From: Podarcis cretensis
Taxonomy: Eukaryota
Direction of reading: 5' to 3'
Assembly (NCBI GenBank): GCA_951804945.1
Contig: OX638150.1
Coordinates: forward strand, 50,406,001-50,470,000
DNA length: 64,000 bases
Shown: positions 27,001 through 37,293 of the stretch, in pieces
Layout of the letters: every line of letters begins with the position of its first letter
How positions within the stretch are numbered: the first letter of the stretch is position 1
Position numbers and translations under genes: made by a program
Notes under the pieces: generated by a model
What the model saw: only the letters and a program-made list of their open reading frames with translations
Told to the model about the DNA's origin: nothing
Databases searched by the model: none

Positions 27001-28411
27001 CCCCTCCACCACCCAAAGTGTGGCATAAGGGGATCTTGGATTGCTCTGTAAATAGTGGAATAATGAATTCATTTGCGACAGGAAATTCTGGGGTAGAGCC
27101 ACATGATCCTCATCTTGGAAGCCCTCCCAATAACCTAGGAAAGTGCAATATTATTTTCATATGGCCTTATAAAATGAACCTCAAGTCCCCTCATATTTTA
27201 TTTTTCCTTCAGACCAGTTTGAGGGAGATTTTGAACATACACAAAATAATAATAATAAATATCCAAGAAGATCAAACTAAATGATGTGTTTTGTTTATAA
27301 ATAAATAACATTAGTTCCTTGCAGACTTTGATTTATCTTATCTGCAGTGAGTGGGCTTGATGAACTTTAATGAATTGCTTAGCAGAATCATAGTCAAACT
27401 AGTCCTCATACTCATTTTTGCAACCTGTACCTGCAAAATAACCTAACATTTTGCAGACCACAACTTCCTGCTTTCCAGCCTGTCAGAGTTAATCATTTCA
27501 TCACAATTGGTACCTCAGTACAGTTAATTCCCTTCTAAGATGAATCACTCATTTCTAATATTGCCTTAGCAACATGAACGTATTTTTACTTTGGAGTCTA
27601 ATCAAAGCTGCGACTGAAGACTTGACAAATATGGTCTGTCCTTGTCATTGGCAAATTGCAGACTATGTTCTTGGTTGAACTCTTAGCATCCCACTAAGAT
27701 GTTTCAACAGGAAAATAACAAGTAGATGAGCACAACACGTCTGGCAGGGTTATGGCAGCTACAAGGTCACAGAGTTTCAACTGAAAGAAAGAAATGCCTT
27801 CTGAAATTGGAGATAGTTTTAGTTGTTATAAACGGAACATCTTTTGACTGCTGTTCACCATCTGTTAATGCTATGTCAATGCAAAGCCCTGGGCTTAAAT
27901 TCCTTGTTGTTGGCATACCTAAAATGGAATTTCACACACCTTATCTTACAGCTTTGTAGCATAATAACTCATTGGTGGCTATCTGCTAAAGAAATATTCA
28001 CTCATATCATAGGCAGCCAATGCCATGCCCTTCCCCCCCAACAGCCCTAGCCAGGATGGCCAGTGGTCAAAGATCGTGTTGGGTACCTCTGGGATTAACT
28101 GGCGTTCAAATCATGAGTTCAAGCCATCATCAGATAGCTTCAAAAACTATTCTTTTTGGTTTCAGGAAGAAACCATAAAGAAGACACTTGCTCACTGCCC
28201 ACTTAGCTCTGCATGGATCTTTCACACAAAAAATGCATGAATTTTGCATTTTTCCGTAATTTATTTTAACATGCACTGCTCAATGAGTGTCAGGTAGCAT
28301 AAATTTTTGTAGCTTATCTTTAAAGCCTCTGAAAACAGTAACATTTAAACTACAAAATGAGACATGCAGATACAGTGTAGTGGCAGCTTGGGATGAAAAG
28401 AAATAATAGTG

Positions 28412-28745
28412 TCTTCCGGGTTAGCGCCTCCGGCAATGGCAGAGCTCCTCCGATCGGGAGGAACCGGCTCCGTGAAAAACAGGGTCTGACTGCCACGGCG
28501 ATGGCGGAGGCCCTTAGAAATCACAGACGGAAGAAGTCTGTGAACCTGGGATTCGGCTGGCACCTTCTGCGCCCCCCTACTCGCGGGGAGACCCAGTATT
28601 GGGAATCCGGAGCGACATGGGGCGAGAGGCACGGTGCTTTGAATCGACCGCTTATTTCACGGAGCGAAGCCGCATTGCTGCTGTCGGAGAGCGCTGACTT
28701 TTTTTCCTGTGGACAATTGGATTTTAAACAACAACCCGTGAGTAG
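28412..28745 (+). promoter_or_regulatory. CpG-rich internal promoter-like 5'UTR of the HAL1-like element
   Basis: Dense CpG starts exactly at the TSD. ETS-like CTTCCGG at the start and YY1-like ATGGCGG at about 28501. Internal promoters are the norm for L1 5'UTRs. Confidence 0.55.
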
Positions 28746-29020
28746 AACAGGAAATTGAGCTTTTAAATAATTTCATTTGGCACCGAACGGGGAAGGTTTA
28801 AACAGGAAGTCCACCTTCCCTTTCTGTAAATAGACTGAAGCAAAGAAGTTATTAACTAAGGTTTTGGAAAGTCTTACGTAAAGGATTAAAACTCCGCTGA
28901 TTGAAACTATTAATTTTGACCAAGTGAACTTGCACGAGAAGGTGGAAAATTAAAATTGAAGCATCACGTCTCTGAACCTGGGAACGGTTTGCAAAAAGTC
29001 CATTGACGGTAAACAGGACA

Positions 29021-29076
29021 AATTTGACAGCTAGCTTTAATTTGACAGCTGGCTTTAATTTGACAGCTAGCTTTAA
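29021..29076. repeat. 3 x 18-bp tandem repeat AATTTGACAGCTRGCTTT in the element 5'UTR
   Basis: Units at 29021, 29039 and 29057. Confidence 0.9.
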
Positions 29077-29305
29077 CAGAAAGACATTGTTTCTATTGTC
29101 TGCTTCTGCACTTAAAAAGAAGAAAAAGTAACTGGAAACTGTTACTAATTTACTTTTGGAATTGTGCTGGAAAGGACTGATACAAATTTGAGACTGTCTT
29201 CCTCTAGAGAGGGAGTTTTGGGACATTGTTACAAGAGTGCAGCTGGGAAACTGGTCTTAAGATAAAGACTGTGAGAAACTAGTTCTGACCTTGAACATCT
29301 TAAGA

Positions 29306-29950
29306 ATGTCGGCAAAGGAAGAAGTAGTGTCTGTTCTGAATAGGACAATCTATCTGTTGGGAAAGCTGCATAAACAGATAGATGTCATGGCTACTAATAT
29401 TGATATCATGGGAATAAAAGTGGGCATCAGCATAGAAGTCGACAAGAACCCGGCACAAGAATCTTTCCTAACTGAACAAATTGATGAATTAGAGAAGGAG
29501 AAAGTTGCTGTTGTTGAATATAAAGCAAAACAAGGGGGAGCCTTAACCCTAAAGAGGCAAATGGAGGATTACAACTTGAGGTCTTATATGATTGTAAGTA
29601 GGAGAAGCCAGCTTTTGAAGATGGGTGCCTGGCCTGATCTGGAAAAGGAAAGGTGGAGAGATCCCTTTATGCAGGGGTCAAATGACTTTTGGAATATGAA
29701 TTTGAGCCAGGAGGAGATTGGAGTTTCGGGGGCCTTTGGACTTGGAAGAATTGTGAAACAAGGTTTGGAATATTTTATGGGCCCTAGCTTTAATTATGGA
29801 AATCTGGCAGACCTGTCAAGAAGGAATATAAGCATCATTGGGTTGGAGCTCCCCCGAGATCTGCTTTTTAGCACCAAAGACTATCAAGAAGATCGGCAGA
29901 AGGGAAGTGAAGAAGAGTTAAGAGCCTCGGATATAAGATCTCCAGGTTGA
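29306..29950 (+). CDS. L1 ORF1p-like protein, 214 aa from the first ATG (divergent and shortened)
   Basis: Only long sense ORF in the element. N-terminal heptad-like stretch (LGKLHKQIDVMATNIDIM...EQIDELEKEK), then motifs reminiscent of ORF1p RRM/CTD (SRRSQLLKMGAWPDLEKE, GAFGLGR, DLSRRNISIIGLELPRDLL). Homology judged by eye. Confidence 0.55.
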   Translation: MSAKEEVVSVLNRTIYLLGKLHKQIDVMATNIDIMGIKVGISIEVDKNPAQESFLTEQIDELEKEKVAVVEYKAKQGGALTLKRQMEDYNLRSYMIVSRRSQLLKMGAWPDLEKERWRDPFMQGSNDFWNMNLSQEEIGVSGAFGLGRIVKQGLEYFMGPSFNYGNLADLSRRNISIIGLELPRDLLFSTKDYQEDRQKGSEEELRASDIRSPG

Positions 29951-32071
29951 TGGACGCTGGGAGGTTGATGGAACTGACGGCAGGGGCCGGGACCGGGGAG
30001 GGGAGACGGGGGAAGGAAATTGGGAATTTAAAGTGTATATATAGAGATTTAAAAAAATTTTTTAATGAGAAATGGAAAAATCGTGGAATAAAATTTTTAT
30101 GACCCTAGGGGAAATGTCTTAAGAGATGAAGTTCAAATATATTAGTTTTAATGAGAAAGAAGATTAAATAAAGTAAAAATGGATGATTAATTGGTGAGAA
30201 GAGAATGTTAAATTACAGTATATTAAGATAAATTATTAGGATAAAAACAAAGATGAAGGATTTGCTGAAATATCTAACTGAACCAGAATACAAAGAGGGG
30301 AGGTGTGAGGAAGTCAAGGAAATAAGCTAAAGAAAGAAAGTTATGTAATGGTTTGATCTGTTCTTTTTTATTTTATTTTATGCATCCTTTTTTCTTTCTT
30401 GTCTGTTTTCCATTTTTTATCTTTTTTCTTTGATGTGACTCGTTTTTATGTTTTGCTTTCATTTTTGGTTTAATTGGGTGTTTTTCTGTTGTTATTTTTA
30501 TATTACTTATGTAACCTTTAAAATTTTAATAAAAATCTTTTTTTTTAAAAAAAAAAAGAGAATAAAAAAAAGAAAAGAAAAGAAATAATAGTGCATTTCC
30601 CCGCTTGCTTAGAGATATCTTTCCCTCTTGAGTCATTTTGGACAGTTTACTCCAGCCTGAGAAAATGTTGCTTTAAAAACACCCAAGGTATTATGTGGAC
30701 AAAGCTGACCCCATAATAGGAAATCTTGTATTGAGAATGTCTGTTAAGTGCTTTCCATCTTCCTCCTTAATGAGTTCGTCTTTTTTCAGTAAACTTTTTA
30801 TTTAAGTGCTCTTTGTCACACAGCATGGGCTGTTAAGATTTTCTTAAACATCAGGATCAAATAAAAATAGCTTTCTTCTACAAGGAGCTGGGTTGATGTT
30901 TGCCAATGAACATTTTTGCCCATGTACATGACCCTTAGTCATTTTACCAGATTTAGATTCTGTGCTCACTTGCATTAGCTTGAGCTCAGAATTCCTGGAC
31001 CTTCTTGTAGCCTTTTGTTATGCTTCAGTCCTTGTTTGTAAAGTCAAGACTAAGAAAGTGGGTGGGAACTCATCAGGAGGTAAGTGCAAATGGGTTCAGG
31101 GAACTCCTTGAATCCTTGTCTAGGAGAAATATGCAAAACTGAGGACAATATCAGAGTGGTCCCATGATTTACTTCCTTCCAAAATATTTTTTTCAGTACC
31201 CTTCTTGAAATACTGAGGTTTAGGATTCTTAACAAAGAAGGGGGTGTTCATAATATAAGCAGGCAAGCATTTGGGGGGGGGGCATGTATTCCATACTCTG
31301 CATTTTAGCTTTCAGAATGAAGAATACAGTACTGTATTTTTTTCTAAATATAAGGCAGGTACTACTTCTGGCAGCAACATTTAAATAATATTTTGTGAGT
31401 CTTAACTACCAGATCCATTCCCTAAGACATGGGTTGACAAGCAAGATATTAAGAGAAGGATGACATTCTGTGGTGTCCTAACCATTTGTTCTGCTTTGTG
31501 ATAAAATTCTTTTAAAATCTTCTTTTGCACATCTATAGATCACCATGCACAACAATATTTGATCCCTATCACTGTACTTGGCAACAATAATAGCCAGCTC
31601 AGAACACTCAGTATAAAATATGCCACCTGTCCTTTGGGTTACAAGAAAATGGCACACTTCATAATCAACTGCAAATTCCTTGCACTGAGCCTCCCTTTCT
31701 ATTAACTTTCTTAACACCCCCACTGTTTAGGGACCAGCATTTTTAAGAAAAGTGCCAGGTGAGGCAGCCACCACCACCTTTATTTCCCCATTCTAGCATT
31801 TCTCCAGAATGCCTCAGGACCCAGGCCCATGCCTGCCACTGAAGCACCATCTCCCAATCCCTTGCCCCCCTAATAAAATTGCTGGGGACCAACAGGGGGG
31901 CTTGGAGTGGTCACTGTAGTGCCCCTTGTTTAGGGCTTCTCAGTCCTGTAACTACTGAACAAGCCATTGAACAAGGGGAAGTTCTAGAACGTCGATTAAA
32001 ATGAATAAATACACACATACACACACGGACACACATGAACACAGAAACATGTAATAAAATAAAAGACTTAC

Positions 32072-32147
32072 AGAATATGTTCAGGGTTAGACAGGAACTG
32101 GTCTATTGCAGAACAGCAGGAGGAACTTGGAGATAGTGGAACAGCCA
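32072..32147 (-). CDS. HTR4: HTR4 alternative 76-nt cassette exon encoding (g)-type tail SGCSTISKFLLLFCNRPVPV* (coding 32087-32147); inner acceptor at 32102 gives (f)-type RPVPV*
   Basis: Long polypyrimidine tract, then ctaaaag|T GGC TGT TCC ACT ATC TCC AAG TTC CTC CTG CTG TTC TGC AAT AGA CCA GTT CCT GTC TAA. Closely resembles the mammalian 5-HT4(g) tail SGCSPVSSFLLLFCNRPVPV. Donor ct|gtaagt lies 15 nt after the stop. Confidence 0.92.
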
Positions 32148-33564
32148 CTTTTAGTGCAGGAGGGAGGGAAGGACAGACACAGTGGGACAAGGGAAGAAAG
32201 GGAAGAAAAACACAAATTATCACCGTTACCCATCAATTAAATTCCTAATTAAACATGCCTAAGCAATGTGAAAGATGTAAGTACTGCCAGCACCACGCCA
32301 ATGCATCTACCTTAGAAGAGAAACATTAATAATGTTATTTAATACAATGTGCCATCTGGTTCTTTACTGTTAACACCTTACGTCATTCAAATAATGCTTG
32401 TATATTTTGTCTTCTGTAGGAGCTCATGTCTGACTATCATCACCAAACTCCATATGTGATCCCTAATTTGGATTTGCTTTTGGGTGATATGGTAAGGTTA
32501 TTTAAGAGATATAATAATGCTCCAGTGTAATTGTTCACATTACCTAAGTACAACAATGAATGAAATCCACACCACGCAGTTGCTTCTGGATACCTGGAAC
32601 CCACCTTTAAGATAATTGATGGATATTTTTCAAATAGGATTCATGGTGTTTAGTTGATCTAGCTCAGTATGATCTACACCAGTAGTGTAGTTCTCCAGAT
32701 GCTGGCCTCTAACTGCCTGCATCCCTGACCGTGCTGCCTGGGGCTGATGGAAACTGGAATCCAAGAAGATTTTGAAGGCCACACATTCACCCCCCAAAAT
32801 CTATACAAATTGCCGTACCCCCTTCAGGGTTTCAGAAGAAAGTCTTTTCCATCCTTACTTCGAGATTCCAGTGGTTGAACCTGGGACCTTTTGCATACAA
32901 ACATGTGCTCCACCACTGAGCTACAGCCTCAATTCTTTTGTGTACAGGGAAAGTGTTCATATGTACAGAGACTTTCATGGGGGTGAACCAAAGCTGTTTG
33001 CTTCCTCCCCCCCCCTATTTTAGTGATTGCACATGCATTCCATGCTATCTCATTACAAAGAATAGGAGAGGGACACGGTGTGTGCCCTTCATATCCCCAC
33101 CCAGTCCTTTCCTTTCACTTGATCAAGTTACGCTAGCTCTAAGTAAATAAATACGAAATCAAAAATCACTTCCAATATAAGACATGATAAGAACTCAGTC
33201 AAAAATACACTGGTTAAGCCAAAAGGAAATTCTTTTGAATTATCATCATGTCTGGCATTTCTGCTGTTAATGGTGTTTCATTTTTTTAAGCTGTTTTAAT
33301 ATTATTTTTGGTTTTAAATTTTATGAGGTCAGCATGCGGAGGTGAGGAAAACTGACCGACTGAGCTGCTTCAGCAAACCCCAGTGTCAAACAAATAAGCT
33401 CTAAATATAAATACTAATCTGTGATATTTTTGATAATGTTTTCAGATTAAGGAAAGCCAGCGGGTGATTTCTGAAGCAACAGAGCAGAGATAGACATTAT
33501 TCTGTGGTGTGCAAACTGCAGCAGACAAGAAAAGCGTTGAACTCATTTTGACAGCAGACACCAC

Positions 33565-36500
33565 ATGATGGCAAGTTACAATAAACTGTCTAATATGCAG
33601 CACAGAGAAGAGAAATGCCCCCATAAATGGCATTCTATCTCCCACAATTATGGAGTCTGCAAGAAAACACATGTGACTAGGCTCCACAGAAAAGTGCTAA
33701 TAAACAAAAGACTGGGCCAGGAATTTATATCTTCGGACAGAGTAAAGAAGAGAAGTGTGGTCATTTATGCAAAAGAGAGCCTGTCACCCAAATTCCTATT
33801 TAAAGACGAACATGGAAGAATTTTGGCAATTGAGATACAACATCAAGGAGAGAAACTTTTGATATTAGGAATCTATGCGCCAAATGAGGGGAAATCGGAA
33901 TTTTATAAGAAGTTGTGTGAGACCATGCTGGACTATCTGGACTACAACAACATCATTTTGATGGGAGATATGAACGGGGTCGTATCAACCAACATGGATA
34001 AGTCACAAAGCCAAAATGTTACAAAAGATGGCAGACTACCAAAGACCTTTTTCGAAATGACAGACAATATGGATTTGATTGATATCTGGAGGATAAAGAA
34101 CCCCTTGGGAAGAGAGGGAACACTTTTCTCTGAAGCCCAACTGACCTGGACAAGAGTCGACCAAATATGGATATCTAGAGGTCTGGCACCCAAGGTCAAA
34201 AAGGTGGAAATCTGCCCAAAGACCTGCTCCGACCATAATGCAGTAAAGATGGACATGACACTAATACCAACCGGCTCCTTTAGATGGAAGATGAATGACA
34301 ATTTGTTTAGAGATCAGGAGATTATTAAGAAGGCCCAAAAAGCTCTAAAGGATTATTTTGAGATAAACATGAACACTACGGTGGAAAAAAGAACCATCTG
34401 GGACGCAAGCAAGGCAGTGGTGAGGGGGTTCTTGATACAACAGAATGCTGTAAAGAAAAGGACACAAAATGAGAGGAAAGATAAAATCTTGGAGAAAATT
34501 AAAGAATTAGAAAAGAAGCTAAGATTAAACCCGAAGTCACAGCCGACGCTGAGAGAAATTAAACTTCATCAAGCACAATATTCTAAATTGATAAACCAGG
34601 AAATAGAGTGGAAGATTAAATTAATGAAACAAAAAACTTTTGAATCAGCGAATAAATGTGGAAAACTGCTAGCTTGGCAGTTGAAGAGGAGACAAAAACT
34701 AAATACAGTTACAAATTTAGAGATTGAAGGAAGAAACATTCAGAACCCTGTGGATATTAGAAAGTGCTTCCAGAGATATTTCAAAAAATTATATACCCAA
34801 GGGCCGCAAGATGAGATTGAGATTAAACAATTTTTGGAAAAAAATGGATTACCAAAATTGTCACAAGAAAATAGATCAATCCTGAACTGTAAAATAACAC
34901 GACAAGAGATTGAACAAGCCATTCAGAATATGAAATTGGGCAAATCTCCAGGACCAGATGGGCTGACCTCCAAGTATTATAAGACACTAAAAGACTATCT
35001 GATACAACCACTGATGGAGGTTAGCAATGAAATTATGGAGGGGAGGAGGGCGCCAGAATCGTGGAAAGAAGCTTTCATCACATTGATACCAAAATCGGAA
35101 GCTGAAAAGACACAACTTAAGAACTATCGTCCCATCTCTCTTTTAAATGTGGATTATAAAATATTTGCAGATATTCTGGCAAGTAGATTTAAAAAAGTTT
35201 TAAACGAAGTAATTCATAAGGACCAGGCGGGCTTTCTCCCAGGTAGACACTTGTTTGCTAACACAAGGAACATTATTGACATTTTGGAACTTTTGCAAAC
35301 AGACATAAATACAAAAGCAGTGTTAATTTTTATAGACGCGGAGAAGGCCTTTGACAATATCTCCTGGAAATTTATGAAGGGAAATTTAAAAGAAATGGGA
35401 GTGGGACGGGGTTTTGAGAATGGGATTGATGCAATATATTCAGAACAAAAGGCTAAATTGATAGTTAACAATGTGGTCACAGAAGAGTTTAAAATTGAAA
35501 AGGGAACACGACAAGGCTGTCCTGTTTCCCCTTTGCTATTTATTTCAGTTCTGGAAGTGCTCCTGAATATGATTAGAGGGGACCGGTTGGTGGAAGGAAT
35601 TCAGGTCGGAGCGAAACAATATAAACTCAAAGCTTTTGCAGATGACCTAGTTTTGACCCTGCAGGAGCCAGAATCTAGTACGAAAAGAGTACTACAACTG
35701 ATCCAAGACTTTGGTCGGGTGGCGGGATTTAAACTAAATAAACAGAAAACCAAGGTATTGGGAAAAAATTTGACAGATACAGAGTCAGAACGGTTTCAGA
35801 GAAAGACAGAATTAAATGTGGTTAAAAAAGTAAAGTACCTAGGGGTAAATATAACAGCAAAAAATCTGAGTCTATTTAAGGATAATTATGAAAAATGTTG
35901 GTCAGAAATTAAGAGAGACTTAGATAGTTGGACAAAATTGAAACTTTCTTTGTTAGGCCGAATTGCTGCTATTAAGATGAATGTATTGCCAAAAATATTG
36001 TTTTTGTTTCAAACACTACAGATTGTGGACAAGACGGAGTGCTTCCGGAAGTGGCAGAGAGATATTTCTAAGTTTGTCTGGCAGGGCAAAAAGCCCAGAA
36101 TTAAGTTTAAGATATTAACCGACGCGAAAGAGAGAGGGGGCTTTGCCCTGCCGGACTTAAAGTTGTATTATGAGGCCGCAGCTTTCTGCTGGCTAAAAGA
36201 TTGGCTACTTCTCGAAGACACTGATGTATTGGATTTGGAAGGTTTTAACAATGCTTTTGGTTGGCATGCATACTTATGGTATGATAAGGTTAAAATCAAT
36301 AAGGCCTTTAAAAACCATATTGTCAGAAAAGCAGTGTTCAATGTCTGGACAAAATATAAAGACTTATTGGAAAACAAAACTCCAAGGTGGCTATCACCTC
36401 TGGAAGCTAAGGCCCCAAAAAAACCCAGTATGGAGGCCAAATGGCCAAAGTATTGGGAAATTTTAGAAAAAGATGGAGACAATTGGAAATTGCAGAGTTT

Positions 36501-37293
36501 GGAGAAAATGAAGGATAAAGTGCGAGACTGGTTACACTACGCTCAGATTAAAGAAGTTTTTAAAAATGACAAAAAGTTAGGGTTCCAGGTGGAGAAATCG
36601 AAATTGGAATCAGAACTGCTAGAACCTAAGACTAAGGTACTTTCAAGAATGTATAACTTGCTGTTAAAATGGAACACACAAGATGAAATGGTTAAATCGG
36701 CTATGATAAAGTGGGCACAGGACATTGGGTATAATATCATGTTTGAGGACTGGGAAAGGTTGTGGACCACTGGGTTGAACTTCACTGCATGTAATGCTTT
36801 GAAGGAAAATGTAATGAAAATGATATATAGATGGTACATGACCCCAGTTAAACTTGCCAAAATATACCATTTGTCTGATAACAAATGCTGGAAATGTAAA
36901 GGGAATGAAGGAACATTCTTTCACCTCTGGTGGACGTGCCCTAGAGTGAAGGCCTTCTGGGAAATGATATATAATGAGTTGAAAAAGGTATTTAAGTATA
37001 CTTTCCCCAAGAAACCAGAGGCCTTTCTCCTGGGTATTGTCGGCCAGAGGGTGATAAAGAAGGACAGAACTTTTTTCCTGTATGCAACAACAGCAGCAAG
37101 GATACTCATCGCCAAGCACTGGAAAACCCGAGATCTACCCACACTGGAAGAATGGCAGATGCAACTGATAGACTATATGGAATTGGCTGAGATGACCGGC
37201 AGAATCCGAGACCTGGGAGAGGAGAGGGTTGAAGAAGACTGGAAGAAATTTAGGATTTATTTACAAAAACACTGTAATTTGGTTGAATGTTAA
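33565..37293 (+). CDS. L1 ORF2p (APE endonuclease lacking its N-terminus, reverse transcriptase, CCHC domain); the first ~32 codons are host flank
   Basis: EN motifs GIYAPN, MGDMN, DIWR, SDH. RT motifs KSPGPDG, YRPISLLNVDYKI, DAEKAFD, GTRQGCPVSPLLF, FADD. C-terminal CWKCKGNEGTFFHLWWTC. Confidence 0.93.
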   Translation: MMASYNKLSNMQHREEKCPHKWHSISHNYGVCKKTHVTRLHRKVLINKRLGQEFISSDRVKKRSVVIYAKESLSPKFLFKDEHGRILAIEIQHQGEKLLILGIYAPNEGKSEFYKKLCETMLDYLDYNNIILMGDMNGVVSTNMDKSQSQNVTKDGRLPKTFFEMTDNMDLIDIWRIKNPLGREGTLFSEAQLTWTRVDQIWISRGLAPKVKKVEICPKTCSDHNAVKMDMTLIPTGSFRWKMNDNLFRDQEIIKKAQKALKDYFEINMNTTVEKRTIWDASKAVVRGFLIQQNAVKKRTQNERKDKILEKIKELEKKLRLNPKSQPTLREIKLHQAQYSKLINQEIEWKIKLMKQKTFESANKCGKLLAWQLKRRQKLNTVTNLEIEGRNIQNPVDIRKCFQRYFKKLYTQGPQDEIEIKQFLEKNGLPKLSQENRSILNCKITRQEIEQAIQNMKLGKSPGPDGLTSKYYKTLKDYLIQPLMEVSNEIMEGRRAPESWKEAFITLIPKSEAEKTQLKNYRPISLLNVDYKIFADILASRFKKVLNEVIHKDQAGFLPGRHLFANTRNIIDILELLQTDINTKAVLIFIDAEKAFDNISWKFMKGNLKEMGVGRGFENGIDAIYSEQKAKLIVNNVVTEEFKIEKGTRQGCPVSPLLFISVLEVLLNMIRGDRLVEGIQVGAKQYKLKAFADDLVLTLQEPESSTKRVLQLIQDFGRVAGFKLNKQKTKVLGKNLTDTESERFQRKTELNVVKKVKYLGVNITAKNLSLFKDNYEKCWSEIKRDLDSWTKLKLSLLGRIAAIKMNVLPKILFLFQTLQIVDKTECFRKWQRDISKFVWQGKKPRIKFKILTDAKERGGFALPDLKLYYEAAAFCWLKDWLLLEDTDVLDLEGFNNAFGWHAYLWYDKVKINKAFKNHIVRKAVFNVWTKYKDLLENKTPRWLSPLEAKAPKKPSMEAKWPKYWEILEKDGDNWKLQSLEKMKDKVRDWLHYAQIKEVFKNDKKLGFQVEKSKLESELLEPKTKVLSRMYNLLLKWNTQDEMVKSAMIKWAQDIGYNIMFEDWERLWTTGLNFTACNALKENVMKMIYRWYMTPVKLAKIYHLSDNKCWKCKGNEGTFFHLWWTCPRVKAFWEMIYNELKKVFKYTFPKKPEAFLLGIVGQRVIKKDRTFFLYATTAARILIAKHWKTRDLPTLEEWQMQLIDYMELAEMTGRIRDLGEERVEEDWKKFRIYLQKHCNLVEC

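Larger units (their letters stand above)
28412..30576 (+). mobile_element. Full-length non-autonomous L1-derived retrotransposon (HAL1/half-L1-like), about 2.17 kb
   Basis: 17-bp TSD GAAAAGAAATAATAGTG (28395-28411 and 30577-30593). CpG-rich 5' end, single ORF, G-rich then T-rich 3'UTR, AATAAA at 30528 and an A-rich tail. No EN or RT motifs. Confidence 0.85.

Noticed and set aside
26780-27080. GC-rich block as a solo LTR (similar blocks at about 49050-49700)
   Set aside because: Probably old repeats, but I could not establish TSDs, termini or family, so they are not annotated.
28852-29226. Antisense 124-aa ORF with KLAVKL repeats (possible ORF0 analogue)
   Set aside because: The repeat peptide is just the 18-bp tandem repeat read in frame, and there is no other coding evidence.
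33942-37142. Several 60-150 aa minus-strand ORFs
   Set aside because: Shadow ORFs antisense to L1 ORF2.
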